Shown: piece by piece, positions 40,522-50,211 of the stretch | Position numbering within the stretch: position 1 is the first letter of the stretch | How the letters are laid out: each line of letters opens with the position of its first letter | DNA from: Chloroflexota bacterium | Lineage (GTDB): Bacteria > Chloroflexota > Dehalococcoidia > Lucifugimonadales > UBA2985 | Reading direction: 5' to 3' | DNA length: 64,000 nt | Assembly (NCBI GenBank): GCA_028877205.1 | Contig: JAPPHY010000002.1 | Span: 13,994 to 77,993, forward strand | Translations under genes and position numbers: made by a program | The notes under the pieces: model-generated | What the model saw: the letters and a program-made list of their open reading frames with translations, nothing else | Databases searched by the model: none | Told to the model about the DNA's origin: nothing

Positions 40522-41297
40522 ACGGCCGCCTCCTTCGCCAGGGTGAGAGAGCGCCACGCTCCCTCGAAGTCCTCCATGGCTCGATAGTCGTTCTCGTCCA
40601 GAACATACCGGAATGCTCGCAGGTAGTCTATCACCTCAACGGATGTCAGTCCCATATGCTCACGCTTGCGGGCGATGGCATCCAGGCAATGCGTCATGTT
40701 GTGCTCCAGGTTGCGCCTGAGGCCCAGCGTCAGCGTCTCCTTTGCCTCTGGGGCCAGGTCTCGCCGGACCATCCACACGGCGAACACGAACGGCAGCCGC
40801 TTCCACTCCCACCACACGTCGGCCAGGTCGTAGACGTGCGGGTAGCCGTCGACGCGGTTGTGCGTGACCAGCGCGTCGTCACCGATAAGCAGGAAGGCGT
40901 CCAAGTGCGGCGCGTCGAGGCCGGTGTACTCCCGCGGCCGCACTCCGAATCGCTGCTCCAGCACCACCTTCATGAGCTGAACGGCCGTCGCGGACTGGTA
41001 GGTGGCCCCCACGACTGCCCCTGCGAGCTCGTCGATGGGCACGCGGGAGAAGAACAGGATACTGCGGACCGGCCCGATGACGCTGATGCCCATGTCGCCC
41101 AGGACCTCGAACTCATCGCGCAGGTCGAAGCTCTGCACCAGCGAGAAGGGCGCCGCGTCCAGTTCGCCTCTCACGGCCAGCGGCCCCATCGAGCTTGGCG
41201 GCATGGGGCACAGCTCCACGCCCGAAAGCGAGAGTCCGTGGAAGAACGGCTCGCAGTTGAGGTACGGGATCTGGCCTATCCTAGTTGTCGTAGACAT
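40518..41297 (-). CDS. mqnA: chorismate dehydratase
   Basis: N-terminus RIGQIPYLNCEPFFHGL is typical of MqnA. It lies between two futalosine radical-SAM genes. Confidence 0.75.
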   Translation of the reverse strand: MSTTTRIGQIPYLNCEPFFHGLSLSGVELCPMPPSSMGPLAVRGELDAAPFSLVQSFDLRDEFEVLGDMGISVIGPVRSILFFSRVPIDELAGAVVGATYQSATAVQLMKVVLEQRFGVRPREYTGLDAPHLDAFLLIGDDALVTHNRVDGYPHVYDLADVWWEWKRLPFVFAVWMVRRDLAPEAKETLTLGLRRNLEHNMTHCLDAIARKREHMGLTSVEVIDYLRAFRYVLDENDYRAMEDFEGAWRSLTLAKEAAV

Positions 41298-42390
41298 GGA
41301 CCTCGTTGTACAGCGCGTCCCGCTCCACGGCCGTCTTCCCGGCGTCGCTGATCAGGCGCAGCATGCGGTTGCGGGCAAGGCCAACGGGGCTGGCGGCCCT
41401 GGCGGCGTGGGCGATGCGCTCCTCGCCGATGGTGCCGTCAAGGTCGCTTGCGCCGAAGTTCAGGGCGATGGATGCGGTTGCCTCGCCGATCATCACCCAG
41501 TAGGCCTTGATGTGCGGTATGTTGTCCAGCATCAGCCGGGAGGTGGCGATGGTTCGCAGGTCCTCGACCGCCGACGCCTGCCGTGCCACCAGGTGAGTAT
41601 CGCCCACCTGGTACTCCAGCGGGATGAAGGCCAGGAATCCGGGGGCCTCGTCCTCCGCCTCGCGCAGCAGCTCCATGTGGTGCACGCGCTCCTCCAGCGT
41701 CTCGATGTGGCCGTAGAGGAGCGTGGCGTTGGAGCGGATGCCCATCGCGTGGGCCAGGCGATGTATCTCCAGCCAGCGCTCCGCGGTGTTCTTGCCGGGG
41801 AACAGCTCGCGGCGCACGCGGGGCGAGAAGACCTCGGCGCCGCCGCCGGGCATGGACACCAGCCCGGCGTCCTTCATGCGGCCCAACACCTCCTCCTCGC
41901 TCATCCTGAACCGCTTGCAGAAGTAGTCGATCTCCGCGGCGGTCCACGCCTTGATGTGGATGGACGGGAAGGCCTCGTGGATGCCGCGGACGATGCCCTC
42001 GTATCGCTCGAAGGGCCAGTCCGGGTGGTGGCCGCCGACGATGTGCACCTCGTGCATGTCCGGGTGGAGCTTGCCCAGGATCTCGTCCATCTCCATCTCA
42101 TACGCGCCGGCGTCGCCCTTCTTCTTGGCGAAGTCGCAGAAGGTGCACGAGAGGACGCATATGTTGGTGGGGTTGATCTGGCGATTGAAGACGAAGTAGA
42201 CCTTCTCGCCCCACAGTCTGCGCTTGGCGTAGTCGGCCATCTGACCGAGTGCGACCAGGTCTGACGTCTGGAGGCAACTGAGGCCGTCCTCGAAGCTGAT
42301 GCGCTCGCCGCCCTGGACCTTCTCCCAGACAGGCTCGAGAGCGGGGTCGCGGAACCGGATGTTTGGCGTGTCGGTTGTGGCAGTGGTCAT
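41281..42390 (-). CDS. mqnE: aminofutalosine synthase (radical SAM)
   Basis: IRFRDPALEPVWEKVQGGERISFEDG N-terminus and NPTNICVLSCTFCDFA cluster. Confidence 0.8.
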   Translation of the reverse strand: MTTATTDTPNIRFRDPALEPVWEKVQGGERISFEDGLSCLQTSDLVALGQMADYAKRRLWGEKVYFVFNRQINPTNICVLSCTFCDFAKKKGDAGAYEMEMDEILGKLHPDMHEVHIVGGHHPDWPFERYEGIVRGIHEAFPSIHIKAWTAAEIDYFCKRFRMSEEEVLGRMKDAGLVSMPGGGAEVFSPRVRRELFPGKNTAERWLEIHRLAHAMGIRSNATLLYGHIETLEERVHHMELLREAEDEAPGFLAFIPLEYQVGDTHLVARQASAVEDLRTIATSRLMLDNIPHIKAYWVMIGEATASIALNFGASDLDGTIGEERIAHAARAASPVGLARNRMLRLISDAGKTAVERDALYNEVHVYDN

Positions 42391-42407
42391 GTCGCCTCCG
42401 ATGCAGA

Positions 42408-42458
42408 AGTCGGTGGCCGACTGCGTACGATACCCAGTAGACCGACCAGTCGGTCTAC
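42408..42458. promoter_or_regulatory. two related palindromes upstream of mqnE
   Basis: AGTCGG-TGG-CCGACT (42408..42422) and GTAGACCGAC-CA-GTCGGTCTAC (42437..42458). They share the GTCGG/CCGAC core and lie 18-68 nt upstream of the mqnE start. Confidence 0.35.
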
Positions 42459-42510
42459 ATGATACGCGGGCCGGGCGCGGCGCGTCAAGGGGAGTGGGGG
42501 GAGAGTGGTG

Positions 42511-42596
42511 GCCCGCTCATCCTGAGCCTGTCGAAGGACATGAGCGGGCAGGATAATTCCCGTACGTGGTGAGCCCGTCGAACCATTCGAGCGGGG
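42511..42596 (+). repeat. REP-like elements type B (42511..42550) and type A (42559..42596)
   Basis: GCCCGCTCATCCTGAGCCTGTCGAAGGACATGAGCGGGCA, then CCCGTACGTGGTGAGCCCGTCGAACCATTCGAGCGGGG. Confidence 0.85.
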
Positions 42597-42647
42597 CGCG
42601 CCTCCGTGATATACTGGCGGCCAACAGCAATTGTGGAGGAGGATGGT

Positions 42648-43376
42648 ATGACTGAAAAGACGATTAGTGACGTATTCAAGCTGTTGGACGATTGGCGACA
42701 CTTGCCGAAGTACCAGCTAGAGCGCCGCGCAGACATTTACTTTGCGCTGTTCCTGCCAGTCGTCCTCAAGGGCCGCTTTAATCTGAATGCCGAGCCAGCG
42801 ATCATTCCTGAGTTCCCTCTGCGTAAGGCAACTTTGGGGATAGACAGTAAGGGCGAGGAGTCGAAGAACGCAGATTTCTTCGCATATTCCGAAGGAGACG
42901 AGAAGGTGCTACTTGTGGAGCTAAAGACTGATATGAAATCCCGCCGGGATAACCAGGACGACTACCTGAAGACTGCTAAGACAAAGAGTCTAAAGGAACT
43001 TATAGAAGGTGTGGTCTGCATAAGCAAGGCTACCACAGACTATGGGAAATACGCACACTTGCTACACAGGCTTTCCCTGTTGAGGCTTGTAAGTGGCTGC
43101 GATCAGGTGGGCAAGTTGGCATCTTGCGAGAAAAAGAATGGATGGAAAGCTGCCGTAGGCAAGGTACGCAACGAGGTTAAGGGGGAGATTCATCCCCATA
43201 TAGTCTACATTCTCCCTGAGAAGAGTCAGGAACTTCCAAAAGAATTCACACAAATCACTTTCGATGAGTTCGCTGACGTGGTCGAGCACTACAGCGAAAT
43301 CGGCAAGAGATTCGCGTGTTCCCTTAGGCGGTGGGCCAAGCAAGACGCGGGCACTATGACTCCCGGTGGACCGTAG
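42648..43376 (+). CDS. hypothetical protein with PD-(D/E)xK nuclease-like motif
   Basis: The ATG at 42648 follows GGAGGAGG. NADFFAY...KVLLVELKTD fits a D...ExK core. Markedly lower GC than the surroundings. Confidence 0.5.
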   Translation: MTEKTISDVFKLLDDWRHLPKYQLERRADIYFALFLPVVLKGRFNLNAEPAIIPEFPLRKATLGIDSKGEESKNADFFAYSEGDEKVLLVELKTDMKSRRDNQDDYLKTAKTKSLKELIEGVVCISKATTDYGKYAHLLHRLSLLRLVSGCDQVGKLASCEKKNGWKAAVGKVRNEVKGEIHPHIVYILPEKSQELPKEFTQITFDEFADVVEHYSEIGKRFACSLRRWAKQDAGTMTPGGP

Positions 43377-43405
43377 CGCATCTCGTATGCGGGCCCCGCG
43401 TTGAT

Positions 43406-43508
43406 GTCATTCTGAGGCGTGAAATGCCGAAGAATCCAAGACATTTCGCCCAAAGCGCCCTGTCTCTGCGGACAGAGGCTTTGGATTCTTCGCTTCGCTC
43501 AGAATGAC
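43406..43508. repeat. MITE-like element with terminal inverted repeats
   Basis: GTCATTCTGAG...CTCAGAATGAC termini and inner inverted repeat CGAAGAATCCAA/TTGGATTCTTCG. Related to the element at 56367..56525. Confidence 0.8.
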
Positions 43509-43594
43509 GGTGGACGCTAATCACTGCGCTTGCCGTTGACCACTGCTTTCGCAGGAGTGGGCGGTGTACACCCCCGTGCTATACTGCCCGCGCC

Positions 43595-43894
43595 ATGGAG
43601 CACGTCGTGGTCAACATACAGACGGACGGGGCCTTCCGCGCCACGGAGGTCATATCGGACCTGCGCAACGTGGCCGAGCTGATGTTCAACCCCCTTAGGC
43701 TGGTCGGCTTCTGGGACGAGCAGGCGGGCGGCATGCACCTCTGCCCGCAGGAGCAGCTCGGCCGCGAGTGCCTGCACAACCTTCCGCCGGACGACCCGCG
43801 CCGCGTCGACTACGCCGACACCGCCTCCGGCCAGATGCGCGCCGTGCTGGAGGTCAGCTTCCCGCACGCAGGCGTCTACCTCTACCTGCGATAG
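43595..43894 (+). CDS. hypothetical protein (99 aa)
   Basis: Composition is more protein-like than the overlapping antisense ORF. No domain recognised. Confidence 0.35.
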   Translation: MEHVVVNIQTDGAFRATEVISDLRNVAELMFNPLRLVGFWDEQAGGMHLCPQEQLGRECLHNLPPDDPRRVDYADTASGQMRAVLEVSFPHAGVYLYLR

Positions 43895-44047
43895 CCGGGG
43901 CTCAGGCTGCCGCCTTCCGGCCAGCGGCGTGTTTACATTCGTAATACATTCTTCAGTGCATCGTAAGCGGCGACCAGCCTGTCATGATGCGCGCTCGTCG
44001 GCCAATCTAGTACAATGGTAGTAGACCAAGCTACGGGGAGGCCGCGA

Positions 44048-44665
44048 ATGGCCCACCATGACCACAACCATCGGGTCACGACAGCTGAAGGGCGGAGGCC
44101 CGCTGTAAGGCGATTCCTTCCACTTGTGAGCCTGCTTCTTGTTTCAGCTCTATTGCTTGCGGTTGCGGCCTGCTCCAATGGCGGGACAACGGATCCAACG
44201 TCCGGGTCGGACCTGGAGGCCGCGCCGGACTTCGAGTTCACGCTCTACCAGGGCGAGGGCGAGCTTGGCGGTTCCGAGCTCAGCATGTCTGACCTGCAGG
44301 GCAAACCCGTGGTGCTCAACTTCTGGGCCGGGCTCTGTCCGCCGTGCCGCGCAGAGATGCCGGACTTCCAGGCCTTCCAGGATGAGAATCGTGACCGGCT
44401 CACCGTTCTGGGCATAGACGTGGGTCAGTTCACCAACCTCGGCAGTCAGGAGGACGCCAAGCTCCTGCTGACCGACCTCGGCGTCACCTATCCGGCGGGC
44501 TACACTACCGACGGCACCATCATGCGCAGATACGAGGTGCTCGGCATGCCGACCACGGTGTTCATCAACTCCCGCGGCGAGGTGTTCCGAAACTGGGGAG
44601 GGATCCTGGACCACGAGAAGCTGCAGGAGATAGCCGACGAGATGCTCGCCGAGGAGACGGGCTAA
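44048..44665 (+). CDS. TlpA/ResA-family thiol-disulfide oxidoreductase lipoprotein
   Basis: Lipobox LLAVAAC. Thioredoxin motif WAGLCPPCRAEMP. The ATG at 44048 follows GGGGAGG. His-rich N-terminus HHDHNH. Confidence 0.85.
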   Translation: MAHHDHNHRVTTAEGRRPAVRRFLPLVSLLLVSALLLAVAACSNGGTTDPTSGSDLEAAPDFEFTLYQGEGELGGSELSMSDLQGKPVVLNFWAGLCPPCRAEMPDFQAFQDENRDRLTVLGIDVGQFTNLGSQEDAKLLLTDLGVTYPAGYTTDGTIMRRYEVLGMPTTVFINSRGEVFRNWGGILDHEKLQEIADEMLAEETG

Positions 44666-44700
44666 CCGACGCAAGCCGCGCCAGCACGGGGAGGGTAGTC

Positions 44701-45591
44701 ATGTCTATGTCAAGCGCTATGTCGGATCCGGGCCTGCTCAAGAAGGTCCTGGTGCCCGCCGTCGTAGCGGCCGTTTCCCTTACGACAGCCTTCGTAGGCG
44801 CGCTGGTCCTGGGCAGGTCCGACGGCATTGACGGTGTCAACAAGTTCGTCGAGACGCTCTCCGGCGACTCGGGAAACGTGCTGCGGGGCCTGGCGCCGCT
44901 GGGCTTTGCCTACGCTGCTGGCATGGTCTCCGCCGTCAACCCCTGCGGATTCGTCATGCTGCCCGCGTACCTGGGGTTGTATCTGGGCGTCAACGACAAG
45001 GATGCTGCCCAGGTGAATCCGCTCGTGCACGTCTTCCGCGCGATGAAGGTGGGCGGATCCGTCACGCTTGGTTTCGTCGTCTTGTTCGGAACCGCGGGCA
45101 TGCTGATGGCGGTTGGCGCGCGGGCCGCGGTGGTGGACATCCTGCCGTACCTTGGACTGGTCATAGGCATAGCGCTGGCGTTGGCCGGCTCCTGGATGGT
45201 GGGTGGGGGCAAGCTGTACTCCGGCTTCGCCGCGCAGGCGGCCTCAAGAATAGGCGACCCCGGGCAGGTGAATGCCAAGGGCTACTTCCTGTTCGGACTG
45301 AGCTACGGCATCGCCTCGCTGAGCTGCACGCTACCGATCTTCCTGTCGGTCATCGGCACGAGCTTCGCGGTGTCGGAGATCGGCACGTCGCTGGGGCAGT
45401 TCATCCTGTACGCCGTTGGCATGGGCACGGTGATCCTGGCGCTGACGCTTGGGATGGCGTTCTTCAAGGGCGCGATGCTGGGCACCCTGCGCAAGGCGCT
45501 GCCGTACGTGCAGCCCATAGGCTCGTGGCTGATGGTCGTCGCCGGGTCGTACATCGTGTTCTACTGGCTCACGATCGGGGATCTGCTGTAG
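44701..45591 (+). CDS. ccdA: cytochrome c biogenesis protein CcdA (DsbD-family transmembrane reductant transporter)
   Basis: Multi-TM protein with conserved Cys in AVNPCGFVMLP and ASLSCTLPIF. Adjacent to the TlpA-like gene. Confidence 0.8.
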   Translation: MSMSSAMSDPGLLKKVLVPAVVAAVSLTTAFVGALVLGRSDGIDGVNKFVETLSGDSGNVLRGLAPLGFAYAAGMVSAVNPCGFVMLPAYLGLYLGVNDKDAAQVNPLVHVFRAMKVGGSVTLGFVVLFGTAGMLMAVGARAAVVDILPYLGLVIGIALALAGSWMVGGGKLYSGFAAQAASRIGDPGQVNAKGYFLFGLSYGIASLSCTLPIFLSVIGTSFAVSEIGTSLGQFILYAVGMGTVILALTLGMAFFKGAMLGTLRKALPYVQPIGSWLMVVAGSYIVFYWLTIGDLL

Positions 45592-45615
45592 GGGGGTCCC
45601 TTCGCCGCACCCCGG

Positions 45616-45652
45616 CCCGCCCAAGTGGTTCGACAGGCTCACCATGAGCAGG
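45616..45652 (-). repeat. REP-like element type A (reverse orientation)
   Basis: CCCGCCCAAGTGGTTCGACAGGCTCACCATGAGCAGG is the reverse complement of the GTGAGCCTGTCGAACC core. Confidence 0.8.
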
Positions 45653-45771
45653 CCTGTGTCGTTGGAATGAACGATTGCAGATCCCCAGCCTCTTGCAGTG
45701 CTGTACCATTGCCGTTGTATAGTACAATGTGCTGCGGGCAAAGCCTGTAATCTCGCCGGGGGGTTCCATCC

Positions 45772-46260
45772 ATGAGCATGAGCGTGGCGCTGGGAGCCGA
45801 TCACGCCGGCTACGATCTGAAGTGCGCCCTGCTGTCGTGGCTTAGAGAGCAGGGGTACGACGTGGTGGACGTTGGAGCCTATTCGATGGACCCCCTCGAC
45901 GACTACCCCGACTTCTCGCAGGCCGTCGCGCAGTCGGTGGCCTCGGGGCAGGCGCAGCGCGGCATCATCGTGTGCGGTAGCGGCGTCGGAGGCTCCATCG
46001 CCGCCAACAAGGTGCCCGGCGCTCGTGCCTCCATCTGCCACGACACCTACTCCGCCGGTCAGGGCGTGGAGCACGACGACATGAACGTCCTGTGCCTGGG
46101 CGCCCGCGTTATCGGCGAGGTGCTGGCCAGGGACCTGGTCACTGCCTTCCTCTCCGCGCAGTTTCTGGACGAGGAGAAGTACCGCCGCCGCCTGGATAAG
46201 GTCATAGCCCTGGAGCAGTCGGCGCTCAATGCCAACGTGACACCCGCAGCGGGAGGATAG
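45772..46260 (+). CDS. rpiB: ribose-5-phosphate isomerase B
   Basis: GADHAGYDLK and CGSGVGGSIAANKVPGARA motifs. Confidence 0.9.
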   Translation: MSMSVALGADHAGYDLKCALLSWLREQGYDVVDVGAYSMDPLDDYPDFSQAVAQSVASGQAQRGIIVCGSGVGGSIAANKVPGARASICHDTYSAGQGVEHDDMNVLCLGARVIGEVLARDLVTAFLSAQFLDEEKYRRRLDKVIALEQSALNANVTPAAGG

Positions 46261-46262
46261 CA

Positions 46263-47381
46263 ATGGACAGGCTTCGCGAGATTCAGCGCCTGGGACAGTC
46301 CGTCTGGTACGACAACATCAGCCGTGACCTGCTGGAGTCCGGTGAGATTGCCGGGCTCGTCGAAGCGGGTGTAACCGGCCTCACCTCCAACCCGACCATA
46401 TTCGAGAAGGCCATCTCGGCCGGCGCCGTCTACGACGACGCCCTGGCCGCCCTTGCGGCGGAGGGCCTGGATGCCGTCACCTGCTACGAGAGCTTGGCTT
46501 TCGAGGACATCCGGTGCGCCGCCGACCTGCTGCGTCCCGCCTATGACGCGTCCGGCGGCGACGGCTTCGCTTGCCTGGAGGTCAGCCCGCGGCTGGCTCA
46601 CGACACCGAGGCCACGGTCGCGGAGGCATTGCGCCTCTTCGCCGCGCTGGACAGGCCCAACGCGATGATCAAGGTGCCGGCCACGCCGGAGGGCATCCCC
46701 GCCATTCGACGGCTCACCGGCAGCGGGATAAACGTCAACGTGACCCTGATATTCTCGCTGGAGGCGCATCGGAACGTGATGGACGCCTACATCTCCGGCC
46801 TGGAGGACCTGGCTGCGGCCGGCGGTGACGTGAGCAGCGTTGCGTCCGTCGCATCATTCTTCGTGAGCCGTGTTGACACGGCGGTCGACGGCCTGCTATC
46901 GGAGAGCGGCGCTTCCGCCGAGCTGATGGGCAAGGCCGCTATCGCCAACGCGAGGTTGGCATATCGCTCGTTCTGCGAGGCGTTCGGCGGCGAGCGGTTC
47001 GCGGCGCTGAGAGCCAAGGGCGCACGCGTCCAGCGGCCACTGTGGGCCAGCACCAGCACCAAGAATCCCGCCTACAGCGACCTGCTCTATATCGACAACC
47101 TCATTGGCCCCGACACCGTGAACACCATGCCGCCCGCCACGCTTACGGCGTTTATTGACCACGGCGAAGTGCGGCGCACGATCGACTCGGACGACGCCGG
47201 CGCGGAGCAGACCCTCGCGGATCTTGAGGCGGCCGGCGTCAGCATGGACGCCGTGACTGGCAAGCTGCTGGCCGACGGCGTCAAGGCATTCGCCGACTCC
47301 TTCGAGTTGCTGCTCGCAAACGTGGAGGCCAAGAGGGCCCTCCTGCTTGAGCGAGAGGCCGCAGAGACCGTTCGCCCATGA
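46263..47381 (+). CDS. tal: transaldolase
   Basis: GQSVWYDNISRDLL, TSNPTIFEKA, MIKVPAT (active-site Lys). Confidence 0.9.
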   Translation: MDRLREIQRLGQSVWYDNISRDLLESGEIAGLVEAGVTGLTSNPTIFEKAISAGAVYDDALAALAAEGLDAVTCYESLAFEDIRCAADLLRPAYDASGGDGFACLEVSPRLAHDTEATVAEALRLFAALDRPNAMIKVPATPEGIPAIRRLTGSGINVNVTLIFSLEAHRNVMDAYISGLEDLAAAGGDVSSVASVASFFVSRVDTAVDGLLSESGASAELMGKAAIANARLAYRSFCEAFGGERFAALRAKGARVQRPLWASTSTKNPAYSDLLYIDNLIGPDTVNTMPPATLTAFIDHGEVRRTIDSDDAGAEQTLADLEAAGVSMDAVTGKLLADGVKAFADSFELLLANVEAKRALLLEREAAETVRP

Positions 47382-48973
47382 CCGAGGAAGCCCTGGCAGA
47401 CCTGGAGCGCATGGACCTGGTGGCGCGCGTCTGGGCCAGAGACCACACCGCGTGGAAGCCTGACCCAACGGAGATAGCCGACCGGCTGGGCTGGCTCGAT
47501 GTGGCCCGCGCCATGCAGGCGAACGTCCCCGATTTGCAGGCCTTCGCAGAGGAGGCGCGTAGCGAGGGCATCCGGCACGTCGTGCTTCTGGGCATGGGCG
47601 GCAGCAGCCTTGGGCCGGAGGTGGTTCGCCAGACGTTTGGGAGCGCGTCCGGCTACCCAGAGCTCATCGTGCTGGACTCCACCGTGCCGGACACCGTCAT
47701 GGCCGTCACGCGTGAGATCGACACGGCCACGACCCTCTTCTCCGTATCCTCCAAGTCCGGCACCACCACGGAGCCGCTGGCGCTCTACGCCCACTTCCGC
47801 GCCCTCGTGGAGAGCGCCGTCGGAGCCGAGAACGCGGGACGCAACTTCTTCGCGATCACGGATGCGGGCACTCCGCTTGAGGCAATGGCCCGCGATAACG
47901 GCTTCCGGCGCGCATTCCTGAACCCCGCAGACATCGGGGGCCGCTACTCCGTGCTCTCGTACTTCGGGCTCGCGCCCTCGGCGCTCACCGGCCTGGATGT
48001 TGCCAAGCTGCTCGACAGGGCCGCGGGTATGATGGACGCCTGCGGTCCAAACGTGCCCGTGCGGGAGAATCCCGCCGCGCTGCTTGGTGCCGCGATGGCC
48101 GGTCACGCAACGCAGGGACGGGACAAGCTGACGCTGGTCACGTCGCCGTCGATCGCGGCATTTGGGCTTTGGGCGGAGCAGCTAATCGCCGAGAGTCTGG
48201 GCAAGGAGGGCCGTGGCAAAGGCCCCGTTGCCGGCGAGCCGCGCCTCGATCCCGCCTACTCCGGCGACGACCGGCTGTTCGTCCACCTGCGGCTGGACGG
48301 CGACGGGGACGATGCCGAGGACGCCGCGATCGACGCTATCGAGACAGCCGGGCTGCCAGTCGTGCGCCTGGAGCTGCGTGACCGTTACGACCTGGGCGCC
48401 GAGTTCTTCCGGTGGGAGCTGGCAACGGCCATTGCAGGCGCGGTCCTGGGCATTCACCCGTTCGACCAGCCCAACGTGCAGCAGGCCAAGGACCAGACCC
48501 TGCTGGTGCTCGACGAGTGCAATCGCCTGGGCAGCCTGCCGGACGTGGAGGCGCCCGGCTCTCTCGCCGGCCTGCTGTCCACTGCCCGCAAGGGAGACTA
48601 CCTTTCGATTATGGCATACGTGCGCCAGACGCCGGAGACGGACAACGCCCTGAACGCCCTGAGGCGCAGCGTGGCGGAGCGTTGGGGAATCGCAACCACG
48701 CTGGGCTACGGCCCGCGCTACCTTCACTCCACCGGGCAGGTGCACAAGGGCGGCCCGGACACCGGCATCTATCTGCTGCTTACTGCGGAGCCCGCAGAGG
48801 ACGCGCCGGTTCCCGGCGAGTCGTTCTCCTTTGGCACGCTCGCCGAGGCGCAGGCTCTCGGAGACCTGAGGGCGCTGCAGGCGCTGGGCAGGCGAGTGGC
48901 CAGGATTCACCTGCCGTCTGCTGACGCTGCGAGCCTTGGCAAGCTGGCCGCGGAATCGCCCGCGAGCGTCTGA
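47378..48973 (+). CDS. pgi: glucose-6-phosphate isomerase
   Basis: VLLGMGGSSLGPEV and SKSGTTTEP SIS-domain motifs. ATGA overlap with tal. Confidence 0.85.
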   Translation: MTEEALADLERMDLVARVWARDHTAWKPDPTEIADRLGWLDVARAMQANVPDLQAFAEEARSEGIRHVVLLGMGGSSLGPEVVRQTFGSASGYPELIVLDSTVPDTVMAVTREIDTATTLFSVSSKSGTTTEPLALYAHFRALVESAVGAENAGRNFFAITDAGTPLEAMARDNGFRRAFLNPADIGGRYSVLSYFGLAPSALTGLDVAKLLDRAAGMMDACGPNVPVRENPAALLGAAMAGHATQGRDKLTLVTSPSIAAFGLWAEQLIAESLGKEGRGKGPVAGEPRLDPAYSGDDRLFVHLRLDGDGDDAEDAAIDAIETAGLPVVRLELRDRYDLGAEFFRWELATAIAGAVLGIHPFDQPNVQQAKDQTLLVLDECNRLGSLPDVEAPGSLAGLLSTARKGDYLSIMAYVRQTPETDNALNALRRSVAERWGIATTLGYGPRYLHSTGQVHKGGPDTGIYLLLTAEPAEDAPVPGESFSFGTLAEAQALGDLRALQALGRRVARIHLPSADAASLGKLAAESPASV

Positions 48974-49020
48974 GCGCAAGCCCAACCACCGGGCACGCAC
49001 ATCAATGAAGGGAGCGATCC

Positions 49021-49929
49021 ATGGAGCTTGGCATGGTGGGTCTCGGTCGCATGGGCGGCAATATGACGCTGCGCCTGCTGCGCGCCGACCACCGCGTTGT
49101 CGTATTCGATCCGCAGGCTGAGGCGGTGCGCGCGCTCAGCGGGGAGGGAGCTGCTGGGGCCGGATCGCTCGCCGAGCTTGTCGACATGCTAGCGCAGCCG
49201 CGAGCCGTCTGGGTCATGGTGCCCGCGGGCGAAGCCACGGAGACCACCATCAATACCCTCGCGGAGTGCATGTCACCGGGCGACACTGTGATAGACGGAG
49301 GCAACTCCAACTATAAGGACAGCATGCGCCGCGCCGAGGCCCTGGCCCCGCTCGGCATCTCATTCCTGGACGCAGGCACTAGCGGCGGCGTATGGGGCCT
49401 GGCCGGGGGCTACAGCCTCATGGTGGGCGGCGACAAGGAGGCGTTTCGGCGGTTGGAGCCTATCTTCCAGTCGCTTGCGCCCGGACCTGACAGGGGCTAT
49501 GGGCGCGTGGGCCCGGCGGGCGCGGGTCACTTCGTGAAGATGGTGCACAACGGCATCGAGTACGGCCTCATGCAGGCGTACGCGGAGGGCTTCGAGCTGA
49601 TGCGCGCCAAGACAGACTTCGATTTGGATCTAGCGCAGGTCTCGCAGATCTGGAGGCACGGCAGCGTGGTGCGCTCGTGGCTGCTGGAGCTGACGGCCGC
49701 GGCGCTCGAGGAGGACCCGGGACTGGAGTCGATCCAGGCCTACGTGGAGGACTCCGGCGAGGGACGCTGGACGGTGCAGGAGGGCGTGGAGCTTAGCGTG
49801 CCGACGCCCGTTATCAGCCTGGCGCTGCAGGCGCGCTTCCGCTCCCGGCAGGACCAGCCATTCGGCGCGAAGCTGCTGGCCGCGATGCGCAACCAGTTCG
49901 GCGGCCACGCCGTGCGCAGGGCCGAGTAG
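49021..49929 (+). CDS. gnd: 6-phosphogluconate dehydrogenase, decarboxylating (short Gnd-like form)
   Basis: MELGMVGLGRMGGNM Rossmann, GGNSNYKDS, FVKMVHNGIEYG. Confidence 0.85.
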   Translation: MELGMVGLGRMGGNMTLRLLRADHRVVVFDPQAEAVRALSGEGAAGAGSLAELVDMLAQPRAVWVMVPAGEATETTINTLAECMSPGDTVIDGGNSNYKDSMRRAEALAPLGISFLDAGTSGGVWGLAGGYSLMVGGDKEAFRRLEPIFQSLAPGPDRGYGRVGPAGAGHFVKMVHNGIEYGLMQAYAEGFELMRAKTDFDLDLAQVSQIWRHGSVVRSWLLELTAAALEEDPGLESIQAYVEDSGEGRWTVQEGVELSVPTPVISLALQARFRSRQDQPFGAKLLAAMRNQFGGHAVRRAE

Positions 49930-49971
49930 AGACGCCGGCGCCGCCTGTATCCGGCCGGAGGGAGGCCACCA

Positions 49972-50211
49972 ATGTGCCGCAGCATAAAGACACTCAGGGG
50001 TACTGACGGCCCGGTGACTGAGGAGGAGATCCGCGCGGCGTCGCTACAGTTCGTGCGTAAGGTGTCGGGCTACCGAATGCCCTCGAAGGCGAATGAGGCG
50101 CCTTTCGAGGCAGCCGTCGACGAAGTGGCCGTGGCGGTCGATAAGCTGCTTTCGTCGCTGGCTTCGCCGCGTAGCCGCGCGGGTCGCGCTGACGCCGCGT
50201 CGGAGCGATGA
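49972..50211 (+). CDS. DUF2277-family protein
   Basis: MCRSIKTLRG...TEEEIRAASLQFVRKVSG matches the conserved DUF2277 N-terminus as I recall it. Confidence 0.65.
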   Translation: MCRSIKTLRGTDGPVTEEEIRAASLQFVRKVSGYRMPSKANEAPFEAAVDEVAVAVDKLLSSLASPRSRAGRADAASER

